From Eledone cirrhosa (Eukaryota): DNA of 64,000 bases. A model generated the notes under the pieces. It searched no databases, was not told the origin of the DNA, and saw only the letters and a list, made by a program, of their open reading frames with translations. Where the stretch lies: the NCBI GenBank assembly GCA_964016885.1, contig OZ024752.1:47802001-47866000 (forward strand). Direction: 5' to 3'. Shown here piece after piece: positions 56,830 to 64,000 of the stretch (positions are counted from its first letter, which is position 1; each line of letters begins with the position of its first letter). Made by a program: the position numbers and the translations under genes.

Positions 56830-58372
56830 TTGGCAGTATCGGCAGAGGGTCGGACGCCATGCTTTCCAGCATAGAGTTACGTCCCTTTACGAGCTGAGTT
56901 TAAATCCCGCCGAGGTTGACTTTGCCTTTCATCCTTACGGGGTCGATAAAATAAAGTACCAGTAATGCACTGGGTAATTGCTCGCCTTGTGCCAAAAGTA
57001 GAAACAACTATGATAAGTGGAACGGAGTACCAGTAATGCACTGGGTAATTGCTGGCCTTGTGCCTAAAGTAGAAACAACTATGATAAGTGGAACGGAGTA
57101 CCAGTAATGCACTGGGTAATTGCTGGCCTTGTGCCTCAAGTAGAAACAGTTATCTTACAGTTCTGTGGTTTGGTAGTATCGGTAGGGCATCAGACACCGT
57201 GCTTTGCAGTACAGAGTTACGGCCCTTTATGTTCTGAGTTCAAATCCCGCTGAGGTTGACTTTATTTTATCGACCCCGTAAGGATGAAAGACAAAGCACC
57301 AGTAATGCATTGGGGTTGATTTGACTTTGCCCTCCCCACCAAATTACTGACCTTGTGCCTAAACTAGAAATTATTATCTTACAGCGTGGTGGATTGGCAG
57401 TATCAGTAGAGAATCAGACACCCTGCTTTGCAGCATAGAGTTATGGCCCTTTATGTTCTGAGTTTAAATCCCACTGAGGTTAACTTTGCCTTTCATCCTT
57501 ACAGGGTCTATAAAATAAAGTACCAGTAATGTACTGGTTCAATTGCTGGCCTTGTGGCAAAAGTAGAAATAATTATCTTACAGGTTAAAGGGTGGTGTAA
57601 CAGCAACATTGTTAGTGTTGAACATAAATACTTAGCAGTGTTTTCTTCTGGTCCTTTACGTTCTAAATTCAAATCCTGCTGAGGTTAGCTTTGCCTTTTA
57701 ACCTTATGGGGGAAAGGGTCAATAAAATGAAGTACCACTGGGGAAAGATTTAATCAACTTTCCACTCCCCCAAAATTGTTAGCCTTGTGCTTAATTCAGA
57801 AATAAAGTACCAGTAATTTATTGGTACTTTATTTCTTCAACTTTCCACCCCCAAACAATGTTGGCCTTCTGCCTAAATAAAAATTCAAGTACCAGTAATA
57901 TACTGGGAGGTAGATTTAATCAACTTTCCACTCCCCCCCCAAAATTGTTGGCCTTCAGCCTAAATCAGAAATAAAGTATCAGTAATATACTGCTGGGGGT
58001 TGATTTAATCATCGTTCCACTCCCTCAAAATTGTTGGCCTTGTGCCTAAATCAAAACCCATTATTCTGGTGGATTGGCAGAATTGGTAGAGGGTTGCACG
58101 CCATGCTTTTCAGCATACAGTTATGGCCCTCTATGGTTTGAGTTCAAATCCTGCCTAGGTTGACTTTGCCTTTCATCCTTACGGGGTCGATAAAATAAAG
58201 TACCAGTAATGTACTGGGTAATTGCTGGCCTTGTGCCAAAAGTAGAAATAATTATTCTACAGGTACTAGTGGATTGGCAGAATCATTAGAGCATTGGATG
58301 CTGTCTGTTATTTGTTCCTGCCCTTTACATTCTGAGTTCAAATGTCACGGAGGTCAACTTTGCTTTTCATTC
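56830..58372 (+). mobile_element. Dense same-orientation cluster of SINE family B copies and partial tandem duplications
   Basis: At least six heads or cores plus repeated tail segments (taccagtaat..ggccttgtgcc). Confidence 0.85.
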
Positions 58373-58373
58373 T

Positions 58374-58500
58374 TAATAATAATAATGAAATTATTGTGTA
58401 CAGTGCTCAGGTGCACTACAACTCGTCAAAGGTGCATGTATAGTACATAGAATAATATACAAATGTCAGGGAATGAATAGTGTATGAGTCATGATATACA
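58374..58500 (-). mobile_element. LINE 3' end ending in (att)n; second copy at ~61145-61218
   Basis: aataataatgaaattattgtgtacagtgctcag(g/a)tgcactacaactc shared by both copies. Confidence 0.6.
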
Positions 58501-58520
58501 CCTTCTGGGGATAGATAGAA

Positions 58521-58973
58521 TAAAGTACCAGTTAAAAACTGGGATCGACATAATTGACTTTCCTCATCCTCGAAAAATTGCTAGCCTTGTACCTATGTTT
58601 ACCTATAAAGTACCAGTTAAATACTGGGTTCGACATAATTGATTTTCCTCATCCCCCAAATTACTAGCCTTGTACCTATGTTTACCTATAAAGTACCAGT
58701 TAAATACTGGGATCGACATAATTGACTTTCCTCATCCTCCAAATTGCTAGCCTTGTACCTATGTTTACCTATAAAGTACCAGTTAAATACTGGGTTCGAC
58801 ATAATTGATTTTCCTCATCCCCCAAATTACTAGCCTTGTACCTATGTTTACCTATAAAGTACCAGTTAAAAACTGGGATCGACATAATTGACTTTCCTCA
58901 TCCCCCAAATTGCTAGCCTTGTACCTATGTTTACCTATAAAGTACCAGTTAAATACTAGATTCGACATAATTG
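58521..58973. repeat. 83-bp minisatellite derived from the SINE family B 3' region, ~5.5 copies
   Basis: taaagtaccagtt recurs at 58521, 58606, 58689, 58772, 58855 and 58938. Confidence 0.9.
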
Positions 58974-59152
58974 AGGTACTATATAGGGCATGAAAGCCCA
59001 TGGCTTATTGGTAAGGGGTGTTTGACACATGATCACAAGCTCATGGCCACTGTATCCTTGCTTGGGATAATAGATGACTAAAAGGGTTGACATCAGGTAG
59101 ACCATCTGTCCATAAAAGGATGATGATGATGATGATGAAACATACAGGAATA

Positions 59153-59460
59153 CTATTGTTTCTACTTTTGGCACAAGGCCAGCAATTACCCCAGTGTATT
59201 ACTGGTACTTTATTTTATCGACCCCGTAAGGATGAAAGGCAAAGTTAACCTCAGCGGGATTTGAACTCAGAATGGCAAGGACTGATGATGATAATATAAT
59301 TGTTTCTATTTTTGGCACAAGGCCAACAATTACCCCAGTACATTACTGGTACTTTATTTTATCCACCCCGTAAGGATGAAAGGCAAAGTCAACCTCGGCG
59401 GGATTTGAACTCAGATCATAAAGGGACGTAACTCTATGCTTCAAAGCATGGCGTCCGACT
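59153..59460 (-). mobile_element. Two SINE family B copies
   Basis: Core domain match. Confidence 0.85.
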
Positions 59461-59868
59461 ACAGGAATATTATGCTCTCCTAAGAAAGGCACACATCTCT
59501 GTATGTACCAGTTCACCAGACTAACAGCCTGACTGACAATCACTAGGTTTCACATCTATTTCATAGCTGAATGGGCAGCACTGAGGAAGGGCATCCAGCT
59601 GTAAAATACATTTGCTCTAACAAAATACTATCCCCCCCCCCCCCCCATACAAGCACCATGGAACAATGGATGTAAAAAGAGAAAAATATAAAATCAAAGT
59701 TAATATATATGTATGTGTGTGTGTGTATATATCATCATCATCATCATCATCATCATCGTTTAACGTCCCTGTTCCACGCTTGCATGGGTTTGGACGGGGG
59801 TTTTCCCACTTGAGGCAAGAGTGGTTGTCTTGCTCGCATAGGACTGTATATATATATGTATGTGTGTG

Positions 59869-59904
<36 letters not shown>

Positions 59905-59906
<2 letters not shown>

Positions 59907-60003
59907 GGGTGCTTCAAAATATGAATACAGACTTTAACAGTATCTAATAAATATTGCCTGTACAGGTAATCAAAGTATGTATACATTTTTGGGGGACACA
60001 TTG
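59905..60003. mobile_element. Tc1/mariner-like MITE (~100 bp) in a TA tract
   Basis: TA-cagggtg..aaaatatgaatacagacttt versus aaagtatgtatacatttt..cacattg; imperfect ~32-bp TIR. Confidence 0.55.
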
Positions 60004-60005
60004 TG

Positions 60006-60037
<32 letters not shown>

Positions 60038-60092
60038 CATATATATATATGTATGCATATATATATATGTATGCATATATATATATACACAC

Positions 60093-60123
<31 letters not shown>

Positions 60124-60130
60124 TATACAC

Positions 60131-60200
<70 letters not shown>

Positions 60201-60469
60201 CACTGAATTTCAAAGCAAAAATACACATGTGACTATGAATTCCTATTAACAAAAACATACTCAATTTTCAAATACAAATAAATTTAATTTATTAATTATT
60301 TATTGCTATGTTGAATGTTGTTACATCAATATTTTTGCATGAATGATTTTTCAAGTATGTACATTTGTAGGAACTACTGAAGGAAAAGGTTTCACACTTG
60401 AATAACCTGCCTAAGACTTAGCCATGGAGTAAATCAAGAGTATGATGTCTTGGTTAATGTAGTTGTTTC

Positions 60470-60712
60470 TTAGCCCCAGGTCAGCCCTCATTGAGCAGAA
60501 CTGTAATCAAAGGTATTCCATCAGTGACCATCCTATATTTTTCTTTATAAATATGCATGCCTATATTTTTTAAAAATATCTTTCCAATATTTGTATTCAT
60601 TGCTTTCTATAAATTATTATGCTTGTTGTTGTAGATGTCGAGCCCCAGGTAAGTCTTTATTCAGCAGAACTATAAACAAAGGCATTCCACCAATGATCAT
60701 CTCATAATTTTC
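60470..60712. repeat. Two decayed direct copies of a short dispersed repeat
   Basis: agccccaggt..agcagaact.taa.caaagg.attcca..a.tga.catc at ~60472 and ~60641. Confidence 0.6.
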
Positions 60713-60839
60713 TTTACAAAAGGTCTACATATTTTAACATATCCTTGACACTACAGTGTAATTTCAGGCAAATTAAGCTACCATTTCTAAATAGTAAAAA
60801 TAAAATAAAACATACATAACGTGCGTCATGGTTTTTAAT

Positions 60840-61700
60840 AATAATTGTTTCTACTTTTGGCACAAGGCCAGCAATTGTCCCAGTGCATTACTGGTACTTT
60901 ATTTTATCGACCCCGTAAGGATGAAAGGCAAAGTTAACCTCGGCGGAGGCACAAGGGCAGCAATTTTGGGGTAGGGGAAAGTCGATTATATCTACTCCAG
61001 TACGTGACTGGTACTTTACTTTATCGACCCCTGTAAGGATGAAAGGCAAAGTTAACCTCGGCGGGATTTGAACTCAGATCATAAAGGGCCGTAACTCTAT
61101 GGTGTCCAACTCGCTACCGATACTGCCAATCCACCGCCCTTTTTAATAATAATAATAATAATAATAATGAAATTATTGTGTACAGTGCTCAGATGCACTA
61201 CAACTCATCAAAGGTGTATAATATATATATATTTATATAAACAAAGGAAGAATGTTTGGAACACGGTGAGCAAAGTTTAGAACTGAAATAGAACCTTGGC
61301 CATAATATTTTTTTACAATAATTGTTTCTACTTTTGGCACAAGGCCAGCAATTATCCCAGTGTATTACTGGTACTTTATTTATCGACCCCGTAAGGATGA
61401 AAGGCAGAGTTAACTTTGGCGGGATTTGAACTCAGAATAGCAAGGGCCGTAACTCTTTGCTGCAAAGCATGGCGTCTGACTCTCTACCGATACTGCCAAT
61501 CCAAATATAGTCTAATAATTGTTTCTACTTCTGGCACAAGGCCAGCAATTATCTCAGTGCATTACTGGTACTTTATTTTATCGACCCCCGTATGGATGAA
61601 AGGTAAAGTTAACCTCGACGGGATTTGAACTCAGATCGTAAAGGGACGTAACTATGCTGGAAAGGATGGCGCCCGACTCTCTACCGATACTGCCAGTCCA
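60840..61700 (-). mobile_element. Cluster of four SINE family B copies
   Basis: Core domain at ~60900, 61020, 61380 and 61580. Confidence 0.85.
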
Positions 61701-62543
61701 AAAAGAGTCTAATAATGGGGCATATATACAGAGTGAATGGAAAAAGATGGATATCAGCAAGAGTGGTGAAACTCATCCTTTCCTCTTCAGTGGGTGTACA
61801 CACCTCATTATTAGACTATTAGAGTAAAAAATATGATGGTGAAGCTTTTATTTCTATTTCAATATATAGGAGACATGCTAAAAAGGCTCCCAGTCCACAC
61901 TGTAAATGTGGTTGGCATTAGGAAGGGCACCCAGCAATAGAAAATCAGCCAGAAACAGTTGTATATGAGAGTGATACAGTCACCCGACCAATTTTGTCTC
62001 AACCTAAGTTAGCGTGGAAGATGGATGTTAAACGATGATGATGATGATGATGTGTGTGTGTGTGTAAACTGAGGTTTCTCGAATCACATTTCCAATTATC
62101 TAGACATTATATATATATCATCTTTATAAAAGAAATCTGATTCCGGCAGGAAACCAGCAAGTAACCTTAATTAAAGTTGTATAATATTGTTATTATGTAA
62201 CTATAAAGCTCTTCAACCCATATACTCACTTCTTGTTGATTAGTATGCTTGACACACACACACACACACACAGACACCTATATATGTGTGTGTGTGTGTA
62301 TATATAAATATGTATATATATATATGTGTGTGTGTGTATGTGGATATATATGTTTGTATGTACATTTTGCTAACATGTGTTTGACAGAGCAACCCCTGCA
62401 GAAAATATGTCATCATTAAGGAAAAAAAAAAATATGTCCTATAACTTTACCATTCCTTGACCAGAGACAACAACAACAGCAACAACACAAATAATGTGAC
62501 ATTTTATTTTATTTTTTTAAAAATTCTATTTCATTATTTTTCT

Positions 62544-62579
<36 letters not shown>

Positions 62580-63461
62580 TCATACAACTGTGAGTGAATA
62601 AAGGAAAAAATTACACAATTCTTGCAATCATAATAACAAGCATGTTAGCTTTCACTAGTTGCAACATAACCCACAATCAATATAATTCTTGTGATATCAT
62701 TTAAAACACACACTCACACACACAGACACACACACAATTTTTCTGAGTTTTTTTTCCCACTCATTTTTTTTTTTCTTTATTGCGTCAAGCAATTTTATAT
62801 CCATTTAGAGTGTTCATGTATGTTTATTTATTTATTCATTTTAGATTATGTTAATTTACGAAGAAAAAAAAAATTTCTTTTACATAATTTTTGTGAGAAT
62901 TTTTTTTTTTTTTTTTTTTTTTACCCAAGTCTTTACAGTGATTTTTTACCTTGCAAAATGTTATTTAAATAAAAAAGTTTATATATAAAAAAAAAAAGAC
63001 TGATACACACAAACACACACAGACACACACTAGCACCTGAGCCCACAAACACACACACGCATACATACACACGCATACATACATACATGAAGAATAATAT
63101 TGCATATTTATGGTCAGCTGGGTGGATTATACTTTATATGCATGTGGACACAAGTTTGTTGGTAGTGATTATGATGATGATGCTGCTACAGGCATTACCA
63201 ACAATGACAAGACAACTAATATGCAAAGCATAGAGTTGGCAGTTTGCATTCCGCAGGTTAATTATTTTTTTGTCAAAAAATATAAAATTCATAAAATTTT
63301 CTTTAAAAATTCCAGCGAATTGTTTTAAGAAAATAACTAATGACAAAAAAAAAAAAATAAAATTTATTTAAAATTTTAGCTTAGAAAAAAAATATGTCTA
63401 CGCTCAAAGCTTTTCTTTCTCTCTGTCAAACTATCTATTTTTCTGATTCTCTCTCTCTCTT

Positions 63462-63500
<39 letters not shown>

Positions 63501-63724
63501 TATATATATATATTAATATAGTATTAGTTATACTATTTATGGTTATGTAAATACAAAACCTTAAGCAGTTGTAAGTATTTTACACACACCCTAAATAGTG
63601 GTAGGCAGTAATGTATTACTACCTTATTACCAGTAAGTTAAGTAGCTCAATGTAAAAACATCAGATGATTTACAGAGCAGTTATATGAAATATAAGAATC
63701 AAAGAACTGTTCAAAACATTATTG

Positions 63725-63771
63725 TGCTTACAGCTGTTTCCTCCAAACCGAGGTTTGGATTCTTCGGAGCA
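63725..63771 (-). ncRNA. Minimal hammerhead-like motif within a Penelope-like repeat (~63517-64000)
   Basis: UGCU C[C]GAAGA A UCCAAACC uc GGUUUGGA G GAAAC AGCU GUA AGCA; one core substitution. Confidence 0.6.
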
Positions 63772-64000
63772 ATTTATTAATGCATGGACAGTTATATGAC
63801 CTCCTTTTCAGCCGAGAGACATACCAAATACATATTCAAACATTGATACATATTCAAACATTGTGGGTCAACATTCATTACAGAATTTAGAGTGGCAGTA
63901 CACACTTCGAGATTACATTTATATTAATAGGTACAATCAAAAATCAAAGATATAGGTTAAAGTACAACATGAAGATAAGTGGTTATATAGTGCAAATGTT

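Overview
AT-rich eukaryotic non-coding DNA (intron or intergenic), most likely from an octopod cephalopod judging by its SINE families; this assignment is an inference. No host protein-coding gene can be supported. Nearly all long ORFs in the track come from (TA)n/(CA)n microsatellites, minisatellites or antisense SINE frames. The window holds many tRNA-derived SINEs (a Deu/Nin-domain-like family and CORE/Meta-like families with RTE-derived tails), decayed RTE-clade LINE fragments (one ending in a C2H2 zinc finger), LINE 3' UTRs, piggyBac-, Tc1- and hAT-like MITEs, and several minisatellites. The most notable signal is a set of sequence-unrelated islands of about 200-500 bp, mostly within TA microsatellites, each carrying a type I hammerhead-ribozyme fold. 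One has a fully canonical core (33017-33111). Others are near-intact, decayed or truncated, and several lie in long fold-back inverted repeats. This is consistent with multiple Penelope-like or retrozyme-like families.
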